A stretch of 64,000 bases of DNA, from positions 9,000 to 72,999 of IMG/VR virus record IMGVR_UViG_3300010397_000045; one strand, written 5' to 3'. The notes under the pieces are model-generated. The model was not told the DNA's origin. It saw only the letters and a list, made by a program, of their open reading frames with translations, and did not search any database. The translations under genes were made by a program, and so were the position numbers. Of this stretch, positions 15,873 through 25,823 are shown one piece after another. The DNA is from a virus. Each line of letters starts with the position of its first letter. The stretch's first letter is position 1.

Positions 15873-17807
15873 ATGAGCGAGGACCTGGGACCGTTGACCC
15901 GCCCGCAAGACGTCAAGCCCCGCGTGCGTTTACAACCTGACGGCTCGATGTTGCAGATGCGGGGTGGCAAGCTCTTTACCAACGACTCGTTTGAGAACTT
16001 CCTCACCCGCACCGGGATCAACCAGGGGAATGTGTCGTCGGGCGGCACCTACGGATTCAACCCCATCACCCGGCTGCACACGCGCCTCGAGTGGGCGTAC
16101 CGCGGTAGTTGGATCGTCGGCACCATCGTCGATTGCATCGCCGAAGATATGACCCGCGACGGTGTTGAGTTTAAGTCGGATGCGACCCCAGAGGATGTGG
16201 CCGACTTTGAGCAGACCCAGATCGAGGACCTCCAGGTGTGGACGTGCATGTGCGAGGTTGCCAAATGGGCACGCCTCTACGGTGGCGCCCTTGCCTTCAT
16301 CATGATCGACGGGCAAAAGCCCGATAGCCCGCTCGACCCTGACACTGTTGGCAAAGATCAATTTAAAGGCATATTCCCCCTCGACCGCTGGGCCGTGCAG
16401 CCCAGCCTCCAGGAACTCGTGACCGATGCCGGACCGGACTTGGGGAATCCCAAGTACTATGAGGTGATATCTGACATCGGCAACGGCTTACCTGCCATGA
16501 AGATACATTACACCCGTGTGGTCCGCATGGAGGGCGTCAGGTTGCCGTACTGGCAGCGCATCACTGAGAATGGTTGGGGAATGTCGGTTGTCGAGCGGCT
16601 GTTCGATCGCCTGGTTGCGTTCGACTCTGCCACCCAGGGAGCCGCGCAGTTGGTATACAAGGCGCACCTGCGGACTTACAAGGTCAAGGACCTGCGCAAA
16701 ATCATAGCAGCCGGCGGCGCGGCGCTCGACGGTCTGCTCAAGCAGATGGACTTCATACGTAAGTACCAATCGTCTGAGGGTATGACCCTCATGGATGTGG
16801 AAGATGAATTCGAAGTACACCCGTACTCGTTCGAGGGGCTCGATGACATACTGCTGCAGTTCGGCCAACAACTCTCCGGCGCCTGTCAGATACCATTGGT
16901 TCGACTCTTCGGTCAGTCTCCAGCTGGTCTCAACTCAACAGGTGAGTCTGATCTACGTACCTACTACGACGGCGTCAAGCGCCAACAGGTGAGTTTGTTG
17001 GCCCGCGGCGTCCGCCGCATATACCACTGCGCTTGGCGCTCGGAGCATGGCTCTGATCCTCCCAACGGGTGGAAAGTGCCGTTCAAGTCACTGTACCAGA
17101 TGGACGAGGGCGAGCGCGCAGAGGTTGCATCCAAGACCACCGACTCGATCATGAAGCCATATGAGGCGGGGTTGGTGCCGGAGTCTGTCACGTTGAAGGA
17201 CCTCAAGGAGTCGTCGCGCGTCACGGGCATACACACCAGTATCACTGATGAGATGATCGCGAAGGCCGAGAAGGAGGACAAGGGTGAGGTTCCAGAGCCG
17301 GAGTTGGAACCTGATAGCGGCGGCCCCGGTGATGTAATGAATGGCGAAGGCGGACCTAACGTCGGACCCGACTCAGACCCCAAGGACGGGGTGCACCCAA
17401 CCGACACAAGCATATCGCTCGACGCTGCCGGGTGGGAGGAAGGTAAGCATCCGCGCGATAACGGCGGTGAGTTTGCATCTGGCGGCGGTGGGGGAGGAGC
17501 CGGGGAAGAAAGCAAACCCAAAAGCAACAAATCGAATCCCAAGCTTCCTCGATTTCGACCCGACGGTGGAACGATCGTAGATACTCCACCTAAAGGCAGT
17601 TCGGCCGAAAAGAAAGGTTTGAAGGTGGGTCACGATGTGTCAGGTAACTACCATGACGTAGACCGCAAATTCATGAAAGTGACCGGTAAGGTAATCGGGT
17701 TCGTACACAACAAGCGCGGGTCGCGACACGGCGACGTCGCGATCTACGACGAGAAGGGTGGGACGCTCTACTTCGTAGATAGCAAGAATGTTTACAGGCA
17801 ACGTTGA
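15873..17807 (+). CDS. Portal protein (DUF1073 type) with an acidic linker and an extra C-terminal domain
   Basis: YRGSWIVGTIVDCIAEDMTR, WARLYGG, IHYTRV, IPLVRLFGQSPAGLNSTGESDLRTYYD; extension starting WEEGKHPRDNGGEF. Confidence 0.92.
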   Translation: MSEDLGPLTRPQDVKPRVRLQPDGSMLQMRGGKLFTNDSFENFLTRTGINQGNVSSGGTYGFNPITRLHTRLEWAYRGSWIVGTIVDCIAEDMTRDGVEFKSDATPEDVADFEQTQIEDLQVWTCMCEVAKWARLYGGALAFIMIDGQKPDSPLDPDTVGKDQFKGIFPLDRWAVQPSLQELVTDAGPDLGNPKYYEVISDIGNGLPAMKIHYTRVVRMEGVRLPYWQRITENGWGMSVVERLFDRLVAFDSATQGAAQLVYKAHLRTYKVKDLRKIIAAGGAALDGLLKQMDFIRKYQSSEGMTLMDVEDEFEVHPYSFEGLDDILLQFGQQLSGACQIPLVRLFGQSPAGLNSTGESDLRTYYDGVKRQQVSLLARGVRRIYHCAWRSEHGSDPPNGWKVPFKSLYQMDEGERAEVASKTTDSIMKPYEAGLVPESVTLKDLKESSRVTGIHTSITDEMIAKAEKEDKGEVPEPELEPDSGGPGDVMNGEGGPNVGPDSDPKDGVHPTDTSISLDAAGWEEGKHPRDNGGEFASGGGGGGAGEESKPKSNKSNPKLPRFRPDGGTIVDTPPKGSSAEKKGLKVGHDVSGNYHDVDRKFMKVTGKVIGFVHNKRGSRHGDVAIYDEKGGTLYFVDSKNVYRQR

Positions 17808-18495
17808 TGCCGCCTCGAGGGTTGTCCGGCCGCGCCTGCAGGCGACCCAGGCCGAAAAGCGGTATGGCCGGGCACTTGAGGCGCTCGCATCCAATGTTGG
17901 GAAGCTCGCCGAGCAGGTTGATCCCGATGACCTCCCGCGTATGATGCAGGCATACGCAGACGCATTGCGGCCGTGGGCGACCCGGGTCGCGACCAAGATG
18001 GTGGCCGAGGTCGATGCGCGCAACGTGGCCGCGCTGTCGAAGCTGGACGTGTCCTCACGTCTGCGCCGTGACCTGCGCGACGTCGATGTTGACTTTGCAG
18101 GTTTACAACTCATTGAGCGCCAGGTTGAGTTCATACTCGACATTCCGCGCAGGGCGGCCGAGCGCGCGAGTGAGGATTACGACCCGGTGGCGGCCGCGCG
18201 TTCGAGTGCCCGGCGGGTTGCGCGGCTCGCGGTATCTGAAGCCTCCACCGTGCTTACCAAGGCGCGTGCAACCTCGGTTGGCTCGACACACTACGTATGG
18301 CGCACAGCCCGCGACTCGAAGGTGCGCGAATCCCATCGACGCATGGAAGGTGCGGTGTGTGAGTGGGCCAACCCGCCGGCGGTGCCAGGCGAAGGCAACC
18401 ACCATGCGGGTGAGATATGGGGTTGCCGCTGCAGAGCGGAGCCTATCATTAATGACCCGTACGCACCCGCGGTGCGCGGCAAACGAAGGAGGTAA
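17788..18495 (+). CDS. Head morphogenesis protein (SPP1 gp7 / MuF-like)
   Basis: YVWRTARDSKVRESHRRMEG...HAGEIWGCRC; follows the portal. Confidence 0.9.
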   Translation: MFTGNVDAASRVVRPRLQATQAEKRYGRALEALASNVGKLAEQVDPDDLPRMMQAYADALRPWATRVATKMVAEVDARNVAALSKLDVSSRLRRDLRDVDVDFAGLQLIERQVEFILDIPRRAAERASEDYDPVAAARSSARRVARLAVSEASTVLTKARATSVGSTHYVWRTARDSKVRESHRRMEGAVCEWANPPAVPGEGNHHAGEIWGCRCRAEPIINDPYAPAVRGKRRR

Positions 18496-18500
18496 AATCA

Positions 18501-19049
18501 ATGGCTGATACACCTATATCGCCTGGTACAGGCTCTTTGGCAATTGCGACGTTGGCCGCAGTCGCATTGCTGCGGACCGTCACGGCGATAACACCCACGG
18601 TTGGTGCTGTAACGGCTGCCGGCGTTGCCCCGACGGTATCAAAACCAACAGTTACGGCGATGGTTCCGACCGTGGGTGCGATCGCCGTGGCAGGCGTGGC
18701 CTCTACGGTGGCGCAGTCGATCGGGCCCGTGGTCAGTGTTGGGGTGCCGTTCGAGTCGGCGACCATCACGTGGCCCTCGATGCCGAACGGGTTGGCTGGC
18801 TCGATCCACCCACCCATGCGGTACCGCACCGCTTCGTTCCAGGTGTTTGGCGTCTTTGGCGCCGGCGGTTCCATAAAGTTGCAGGGCTCTAACGACGGCG
18901 CCAACTGGGCGGACCTGACACCAACGGCACTCACGGGTGCCGGGTGGTTTGCTGCTTTGGGTGCGAGTGAGAGGCCCAAATACATCCGGCCCAACTGTAC
19001 GGCCGGCGATGCCACGACCGCTCTCACGGTCGTTGGTTGGTTTTCATAA
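18501..19049 (+). CDS. Virion accessory protein with TPTVGAV-type repeats and a small beta domain
   Basis: ITPTVGAVTAAGVAP and VPTVGAIAVAGVAS repeats; IKLQGSNDGANW motif; GGAGG RBS. Confidence 0.7.
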   Translation: MADTPISPGTGSLAIATLAAVALLRTVTAITPTVGAVTAAGVAPTVSKPTVTAMVPTVGAIAVAGVASTVAQSIGPVVSVGVPFESATITWPSMPNGLAGSIHPPMRYRTASFQVFGVFGAGGSIKLQGSNDGANWADLTPTALTGAGWFAALGASERPKYIRPNCTAGDATTALTVVGWFS

Positions 19050-19063
19050 AGGATTAGGAGGCC

Positions 19064-19396
19064 ATGCGATTAGATATCTACATACACATCGTTAACGACG
19101 ATGCGACACAACATTCGATACTTGAAAAGGTGACCCAAATGGCTGTTGATATGACCAAACTTGTGGCTGCCGTCGCAGCCGAGAAGACCGTCCTCGATTC
19201 GGCGATCGCTTTCATCAATGGTGTTCCGGCGCTGGTGGCCGCGACTGTCAAGCAGGCGCTCCTCGACGAGGGCGTTGCAGATGCCGCGGCACAGGCTGCC
19301 GCAGACCAGGCTCAGGCTGACATCGAGGCAGAGACCGCCTCCGTGCAGGCTGCTCTGACAGCCACCCCGACACCTCCGGTGACGCCAACACCGTGA
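19064..19396 (+). CDS. Ala-rich coiled-coil protein
   Basis: ORF track; AGGAGG RBS. Confidence 0.7.
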   Translation: MRLDIYIHIVNDDATQHSILEKVTQMAVDMTKLVAAVAAEKTVLDSAIAFINGVPALVAATVKQALLDEGVADAAAQAAADQAQADIEAETASVQAALTATPTPPVTPTP

Positions 19397-19722
19397 GTTT
19401 CTTTTTGTTCGTAAAAAGGGTGCTGGACTTGGCCGGCACCCGCAACATACCAAGCGCTTGCGACGAACCGGCATTTGGCGGTATTGGACGCGTGGCGCAC
19501 GACATCCGAGGAGAATGCAACATGTTTTCAGGCGACGCAGGATTCTTGTCAGATCCACCCGTGCTCACCGTCAAGGAGAACCGCACGCACTGCGAGGCGT
19601 GCGGTGCGAAGCTCGAGCCCAACGTCATGCACAAATGCGCAGGCAACGAGGAGTGGAAACCCCAAACCATCACCTCTCAGGATGTCGGTAGTATCGATGA
19701 TGTACTGGGGGTGGCGAAATGA
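19393..19722 (+). CDS. Hypothetical protein with CxxC
   Basis: ORF track; 4-bp overlaps at both ends. Confidence 0.5.
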   Translation: MSFFLFVKRVLDLAGTRNIPSACDEPAFGGIGRVAHDIRGECNMFSGDAGFLSDPPVLTVKENRTHCEACGAKLEPNVMHKCAGNEEWKPQTITSQDVGSIDDVLGVAK

Positions 19723-21692
19723 ACGCCGCCATCGAGCGTGACGAATTGGAGCGGCGATATCAGGGACGGCGTCAGCCGCAAGACGCCTCGTGCCACCTGA
19801 TCTGGCAAGAGGGTGCGGCCGAGCTGTGGGTTGGCAACAAGGAGGCTTCGCAGACGTTTACCGGCAACGTGTTGTGTGTGCTTGAATACCCGCACTGTTG
19901 GCGTGCGGATGGTACGACGCACATACACATCATGTACGATAACATGGCGCTGCGCTCACAGTTGGATGCGGCTGCCGAATTCATAACCCAGCACATGAAG
20001 GTCGGGTCCAGGCTCCTCGTACACTGCGCGGCTGGCATGGAGCGCTCGCCGCTCACGGTTGCCTGGTGGTTGGTGAAGACCGGACGTTGCCCGGACCTCG
20101 ATGCGGCATACGTCACGTTGCGCGCGGCGCGTCCCATCGTCGCCGATCGGCGGAATTGGATCGAGCCTGACATACAGCCTAAGGAACTCGAGGAGCTGAC
20201 CGAGCAGGGCAAGTACGAGTTGATGTGGAAGTACCCACAGTATCGTCGCGTGGCTCCAGGCGCGCAGGTGGCTGAGCAGTTCCTCAGGCTCGCTCAACCG
20301 CGAACCGGCAGCACCGTGATTGACTTCGGTGCCGGCACGGGCCAGGGCGCGATGTGCATGGCGCTCGCGGCGGACCTCCTCTACCGCCAGCCGGTCAAGG
20401 TGCACATGTTGGACTTCGCACGCAACTGTCTCGACGACGAGGTGCGCGATGCAGTCGCAGCGCAGCCGTTGCTCGAGTTCACCCAACATGACCTGACGAA
20501 GCCTGCGCCCCTCTCGGCGCCTTATGGATTCTGCACGGACGTCATGGAGCACATCCCACCGGACCAGGTGGACCTGGTGTTGCAGAACATACTGGCTGCG
20601 GCCCAGCATGTGTTCTTCCAGATCAGTTGCACCGACGACTCGTGCGGAACGTTGATAGGCGAGAAGTTACACCTGTCCGTGCACCCGCCGGCCTGGTGGA
20701 AGGAGAAGTTGGAGAAGTTTCAGTGCGTCTTCCACTACTGGCACGCGGCTGATGATGGGTCAACATGCATCGCGTACGTATCGGCCTGGGCCGACGGCCA
20801 GGAGGTTGTCGACAAAGGTGAACTTAACACCGAGGAGGAGACCATCCGCGCCAACGTGCGGGCCAACCTCTTAGCCGGGTGGAAGCAGGTACGGCCATAC
20901 GAGCCACAGCATACCGAGGTGATGATCCTGGGTGGAGGTCCATCGCTCAACGGACAGCTTGACACCATCCGGCGCATGTCGGCTGAGGGTGTCAAGATCG
21001 TGACCCTGAACGGCGCGTACAACTGGGCGCTCGAGCACGGGTTGCAGGTGGGTTCGCAGGTCGTCGTCGATGCGCGCCCGTTCAACGCTCGCTTCACGAA
21101 GCCGGTGGACCCGAAAACCAACTACCTGATTGGATCGCAATGCGACCCCAGTGTGCTCGAGGGTTTGCCGAAGGAGCGCACGTTCCTGTGGCATACGACC
21201 GCGGAAGCGATCCGTGACATTCTAGTGGAGCTGTCACCCGACGATGCGCAGGGCCGGCCAACCTGGTTCGGCATCCCTGGCGGTACCACGGTGTTGCTGC
21301 GTGCGATCCCGCTCCTCAAAATGTTGGGTTATCGGAAGTTCCACCTGTTCGGGTGTGACTCGTGCGTGGTGCACAAGGATACGTGCTCGGATGACAACTC
21401 TGATTTCTGGAATCATCACGCCTACCAACAGGTTGAGAACGACGGTGTGCCACTCTACCCCGCTGTGGTTGGCGGGCGCACATTTCGCTGCACCGCCTGG
21501 CAGATCGCCCAGGCACAAGAGTTCATTTCACTTATCAAGCATATGGGCGATATGTTCGAGCTGGAGGTGTACGGTGACGGCCTGTTGCGTTGGATACTGC
21601 AGCACGGCGCGGACATGTGCGACGAGATGGATGCCCATCGAACTGATGAGGCTCTTGGGATCGAAACTCCCGGCGCCCCGTGGGGAATGTGA
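19719..21692 (+). CDS. Three-domain enzyme: dual-specificity phosphatase + class I SAM methyltransferase + DUF115/Maf-like glycosyltransferase fold
   Basis: LVHCAAGMERS (HCxxGxxR); VIDFGAGTG...TDVMEHIP...HLSV; VMILGGGPSL...VTLNGA...GGTTVLLRAIPLLKMLGYRKFHLFGCDS. Confidence 0.8.
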   Translation: MNAAIERDELERRYQGRRQPQDASCHLIWQEGAAELWVGNKEASQTFTGNVLCVLEYPHCWRADGTTHIHIMYDNMALRSQLDAAAEFITQHMKVGSRLLVHCAAGMERSPLTVAWWLVKTGRCPDLDAAYVTLRAARPIVADRRNWIEPDIQPKELEELTEQGKYELMWKYPQYRRVAPGAQVAEQFLRLAQPRTGSTVIDFGAGTGQGAMCMALAADLLYRQPVKVHMLDFARNCLDDEVRDAVAAQPLLEFTQHDLTKPAPLSAPYGFCTDVMEHIPPDQVDLVLQNILAAAQHVFFQISCTDDSCGTLIGEKLHLSVHPPAWWKEKLEKFQCVFHYWHAADDGSTCIAYVSAWADGQEVVDKGELNTEEETIRANVRANLLAGWKQVRPYEPQHTEVMILGGGPSLNGQLDTIRRMSAEGVKIVTLNGAYNWALEHGLQVGSQVVVDARPFNARFTKPVDPKTNYLIGSQCDPSVLEGLPKERTFLWHTTAEAIRDILVELSPDDAQGRPTWFGIPGGTTVLLRAIPLLKMLGYRKFHLFGCDSCVVHKDTCSDDNSDFWNHHAYQQVENDGVPLYPAVVGGRTFRCTAWQIAQAQEFISLIKHMGDMFELEVYGDGLLRWILQHGADMCDEMDAHRTDEALGIETPGAPWGM

Positions 21693-21877
21693 TGAGTAAC
21701 AAGGGATCGTCTCAGCAACCTGCCCGCGCGTCCGAACGGTTGTTCGGGCACGCGGCTTTCGAGACACGTGATTTTGCACTTGCGCGCAACCGGCGGCGCA
21801 AGGCTAACAAGGCTGCGAAGGCGGCCAAGCGTAAGAACCGCCGGTAGTTTCAATTCAAACACTCGAGGTAATTCAAC

Positions 21878-22357
21878 ATGGCAGCTGGTGCATGGAAAAT
21901 TTACACCCGCGCAAAGCGGTATCTTGGGGCCGGTTCCGGCACCATCACGCTCGGCGCGGGTGTGTTCAAGATGGCCCTACACAGGACGTCGGCGTCAGCC
22001 AACATCCTGAAGGTATCGAACGGTGGCATCTCCACGTGGGGATCGATCGGTTCGGAAATCTCGGCGACGGGCGGATATGCCGCCAACGGCAGGAACCTGC
22101 CGCCGGCCACGGGCAAGTGGACGGTGGGTGCCTCGACGAAGCAGATGAAGTTCACGTACACGACCGCGGGCCTGGTGTTCACGGCCAACGGCGCGAACCT
22201 GAACAACATCCGTTACGCCGTCATCCGCAACTCGACGGGCGCGGGCGCAGGCAAGGCCCTGTGCTTCTGCACACTGTCGACGGCAGCCTTCACCATCACC
22301 TCGCCCAATACGCTGACGATATCGCCGGCGGCCACGGGCGTGTTCACGATGGCGTGA
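21878..22357 (+). CDS. Virion structural protein (head fibre/decoration-associated)
   Basis: 159 aa, beta-rich; FKMALH...EISATGGYAANG...RYAVI...ALCF pattern; GAGG RBS. Confidence 0.7.
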   Translation: MAAGAWKIYTRAKRYLGAGSGTITLGAGVFKMALHRTSASANILKVSNGGISTWGSIGSEISATGGYAANGRNLPPATGKWTVGASTKQMKFTYTTAGLVFTANGANLNNIRYAVIRNSTGAGAGKALCFCTLSTAAFTITSPNTLTISPAATGVFTMA

Positions 22358-22400
22358 GGTCCGTCGTTCGTGAGTACCAACTGCGCGCTGGGGTCTGACG

Positions 22401-24422
22401 GTGGGAACTAACATTGTCTTCACCCCAGCGCTGCAGGCGCCTATCGGACTCATGCCATCTACGGGCGCGGTTGCCTGCGTTGGCAACTCATCTGGAGGTG
22501 GGGCCTTTGCGGCTGTGCAACCGCCGCAGGGTGCCTTGTTGTTTGTGACCGCCGCGCCGTCGATGGCGTTGGGCGTAGGCACGCAGGCGGGTGCCGTTGG
22601 GTTGGCGGGTCAGCAGGCTGCGGTCACGCAGCGTGCGGCAACATTGCGTAACCCCGCAGTCGGAGGCGTGGGCCTAGCTGGGCAGGCGCCTGTCGTTGCA
22701 GTGACTACAAGTCAGTTGAGTGCCAACCTGATTTACTCGGATAACGTCAAGGGGCCTAACTGGCAGGGCGACGCGTCGTTCGGTACTGGGAGTGCCGTCA
22801 ACTATCAGGATACGACCCACCCACAGAGTGGCCATACGTACTCCATAGCGGTGCCGGCCAACACAGTCTGGCAGCCGCAGAGTACCAATTGGGACGGCTC
22901 CCTGGGGGGTGGGTTCGGCGCTGACATCTCGCCTTATGTTGGGTTGCAATTCGATCTTTGGACGGCGAACCCGACCCACCAGTTCGACATGCAGGCGCAC
23001 TACGATGGCATCGTGGTGTCGGGTGGTCAGCCGGTCGTGGCGCCGACATACCTGGATAACATCACGGAGGTCGTTGGTACCCTCGCCGGCAGTGGGTGGA
23101 ACACTAAGTTGTTCATACCGAGCGTTGTGTTGGGTCAGCTCGGCAATGTGGTCGGGTATCAGTTCTACATACGCGACAACAATGTCGGTACGGTGTACCT
23201 TGACAACGTTCAGTGGGTGGCCGGCCCCTTTAGTTGGATCTACTCGGGAGGACAGGCGCGGACCTGGAACGGGAGTTCCTACACGCGCGACCCCTCCACC
23301 CCATTCAATGGTTGGTCCGATGCCAGCAGCAATGCGTCGACTAACTACGCGCAGGACCCCAGTGGTCTATCGGTCAAGTGTGGACCTACGGGCTTGCAGA
23401 ATCCGAGCGGTACGGTTGCTCCGGTGATAACGGATCTGTGGGTGGCGTATCAGGGTCAGACCGCGCCGGGGCAGGCAACCATCGGAGGTACCAACAACAG
23501 TTCGTTGTTCGGCTCGGTGGATTCGATGACGCTGGCATGGACTTCGCAACCTGGGTCGTTCCCCATATCCGGTTACAACATCTACCGCAGTGAGGATCTG
23601 TTTGTAACCCGTGTCAAGCTCAACTCCAGTCTGATTCCGGCTGGTACGACGAATTACCAGGACAACACGGCCGTCAACTGCGTCGCCACCTTCTGCGGCG
23701 GTTCGACCAACCCACAATCGGGTGCCCCGGCGCTGTGGTGGCCTGCGCGTAACTACCGTTACAAAGTTGAGGCGGTGGATTCGCAGGGTACGGTAGGTCC
23801 GCTCAGCGCCACGCAGAAGATGTACGTTTACAACTTCAACTCCGGCGGTCAGAACAACCCTACGATCAATGGGAATCCCGCCGGTGGCATGAAGTGGGGT
23901 GGAGACCTCGGTGGTGGCTTCGAGCTGTCGTACAACGACACTGGACCTAACGAGACAGGTCGCGCGATCCTGGTAGGTGACAACGCGGGCTACTGGTTGC
24001 CTACTTCGGGTTATATCTATCCGCAGTGGGCGAAACAGGTGGGAGGCACCGATTACTTTTACATCGATATCAACTTCGCGATCGTTGGCGGCCTGACGTT
24101 GCATGCTGAGTTGAATCCCAACGATCATAAGATCGATTTGTTGGCCTCGGCGCACGCGGCCCCAGGCAACGCCCCGGGTAACCCGTCGTTGGATCTGACG
24201 GCGTACTGCTACGCGGTCAACGGCGTGGTCGATTCCCGTTGGCCCAACATGCCGATGTCCGCCATCCCCACCGGCGTCTACTGTACGTTTAAGGTGCCGC
24301 GCACGCACTACATGACCGATGCGGGTACGTTGCAAAACTGTGTGTACAAATGGTTGATCAACAAGTGGGGTGGATCGATTGGCAACGGAACTCGGTTCGA
24401 CAAGATCTTCTACGGACCTTAG
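22401..24422 (+). CDS. Virion protein with N-terminal repeats, carbohydrate-binding-module-like domains and an FnIII domain
   Basis: LIYSDN...YVGLQFD...VYLDNVQW (CBM-like); LAWT...SGYNIYRS...YQD...YRYKVEAVDSQG (FnIII). Confidence 0.7.
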   Translation: MGTNIVFTPALQAPIGLMPSTGAVACVGNSSGGGAFAAVQPPQGALLFVTAAPSMALGVGTQAGAVGLAGQQAAVTQRAATLRNPAVGGVGLAGQAPVVAVTTSQLSANLIYSDNVKGPNWQGDASFGTGSAVNYQDTTHPQSGHTYSIAVPANTVWQPQSTNWDGSLGGGFGADISPYVGLQFDLWTANPTHQFDMQAHYDGIVVSGGQPVVAPTYLDNITEVVGTLAGSGWNTKLFIPSVVLGQLGNVVGYQFYIRDNNVGTVYLDNVQWVAGPFSWIYSGGQARTWNGSSYTRDPSTPFNGWSDASSNASTNYAQDPSGLSVKCGPTGLQNPSGTVAPVITDLWVAYQGQTAPGQATIGGTNNSSLFGSVDSMTLAWTSQPGSFPISGYNIYRSEDLFVTRVKLNSSLIPAGTTNYQDNTAVNCVATFCGGSTNPQSGAPALWWPARNYRYKVEAVDSQGTVGPLSATQKMYVYNFNSGGQNNPTINGNPAGGMKWGGDLGGGFELSYNDTGPNETGRAILVGDNAGYWLPTSGYIYPQWAKQVGGTDYFYIDINFAIVGGLTLHAELNPNDHKIDLLASAHAAPGNAPGNPSLDLTAYCYAVNGVVDSRWPNMPMSAIPTGVYCTFKVPRTHYMTDAGTLQNCVYKWLINKWGGSIGNGTRFDKIFYGP

Positions 24423-25823
24423 ATGGCTATCACTGCGCCCTGCCCCGTCGCCAAAGTAACTGTCACCGCTGCAGGTGGTATGTGGCGTTGCAACCATGCC
24501 GGGTTCAACACGACGTTGTATGGATACTTCACGTTCTCGGCATTGCCAACGCAGGCGGGTTACAAGTATCTGGTGCAGTTCTACAACACGAGCGGCGCCG
24601 CGGTAGGCGTGGCGGTCGATCCGTCCTCTTACACGCACCACGACCACGGCATCGGGTCGGCCAATTGGACAGTATACTCCATACCATTGTCGGCGTTCGG
24701 CAGCATCGGGACGGTAGGCGGCGTTAGCATCAAAGACAACAGCGGCGCCGCATCTAACACGTTCTACCTGTCGGCTGTTGGGTTCTGGGGCAGCCCGGCC
24801 AGCGGCTTCAGGTTCGCACCTGGGCACTATGCGCATAGCCGGTTTGGTTATCACTTCGACACGCAGACCGTCTTCGACGGCATCATCAGTGATCTGCAGA
24901 CATTGCCCGTGCCGTTCCGTGGTGTGTCCATCAACGCCTACTACGGTAATTTCGATAGGGGTACGAGCAGTGCCGACTTCAGTCAGGGTATAACCAACGT
25001 CCGTACCGTGTTGGACGCGGCCCTGGCGGCTGGCAAGTTCGTGGGGTTACATTTCAGTGAGCAGAACTTCACCAGCTCGGCGTTCCCCAATTCACCGACC
25101 TATCCGACGTGGTGGAACTCCGGGTGGTGCAAGACTGGCAGCGTTCCGCAGATCTACGCCGATCTGACGCAGACGGCCGTAGTCAACACCATCACGGCGC
25201 AGATCCAGGCTTATGGCGCAGCGTTCAAGGATCACCCGGCGCTCGCGTGGTTCAGCCCGTTTGACGACTCGTCGATTAGCACGACCAACTTTGATGGGAC
25301 CACGTACTACGCGAACCGGGTGTCACTGTTCCAAGTGGCAAGAAACGCCTTCCCTCGGACGATGATACGAGGCTACTGGAGTTTCACCAATCAGGCAGCC
25401 GCGCAGTACCAGGCGTTGATTCAAAGTTGCTTCAACTTGGGGGGCTTCCTGTTGGCGTCTCCCGACCCGCCGCTCGTCGGGCCTCTTCAGTCTAACATCA
25501 ATCGGGACATTACCGGGTACCGCGTCTACAGGGGTGACATAGGCACGGTTGATTTCAGGCCCAACTATCGCGTGGCTGCTGAGGTCCAGGACATCGGGCT
25601 GAGTGTGTCGCAGAATAACCTCTCCACACCTTCGAATATATTCACGTACCTGACGTCGACCAGCCAGATCAACCCATCGTTCATGATCTGGCAACAGGAG
25701 AGTGACGGCAACGCGCAGACCAGCTGGTCGGCTATCAAGACCTACGTGGCAGGTCTCGGTGGTCCCAATTATGGTATCCGGGTAACCTCGCCTAACGACG
25801 GGTTTGCATATCAACTCCTATGA
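24423..25823 (+). CDS. Virion protein: partial CBM-like N-terminus plus putative glycoside-hydrolase-like TIM barrel
   Basis: WTVYSIPLSAFG...FYLSAVGF; RFAPGHY...LDAALAAGK...YPTW...AYGAAFKDHPAL (GH-A-like pattern). Catalytic residues not confirmed. Confidence 0.55.
   Translation: MAITAPCPVAKVTVTAAGGMWRCNHAGFNTTLYGYFTFSALPTQAGYKYLVQFYNTSGAAVGVAVDPSSYTHHDHGIGSANWTVYSIPLSAFGSIGTVGGVSIKDNSGAASNTFYLSAVGFWGSPASGFRFAPGHYAHSRFGYHFDTQTVFDGIISDLQTLPVPFRGVSINAYYGNFDRGTSSADFSQGITNVRTVLDAALAAGKFVGLHFSEQNFTSSAFPNSPTYPTWWNSGWCKTGSVPQIYADLTQTAVVNTITAQIQAYGAAFKDHPALAWFSPFDDSSISTTNFDGTTYYANRVSLFQVARNAFPRTMIRGYWSFTNQAAAQYQALIQSCFNLGGFLLASPDPPLVGPLQSNINRDITGYRVYRGDIGTVDFRPNYRVAAEVQDIGLSVSQNNLSTPSNIFTYLTSTSQINPSFMIWQQESDGNAQTSWSAIKTYVAGLGGPNYGIRVTSPNDGFAYQLL

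Noticed and set aside
23367-24854. 495-aa antisense ORF, and similar ones such as 167..1024 +, 27436..28311 - and 39627..40574 -
   Set aside because: Antisense to well-supported genes in a high-GC genome; Arg-rich non-protein-like composition.
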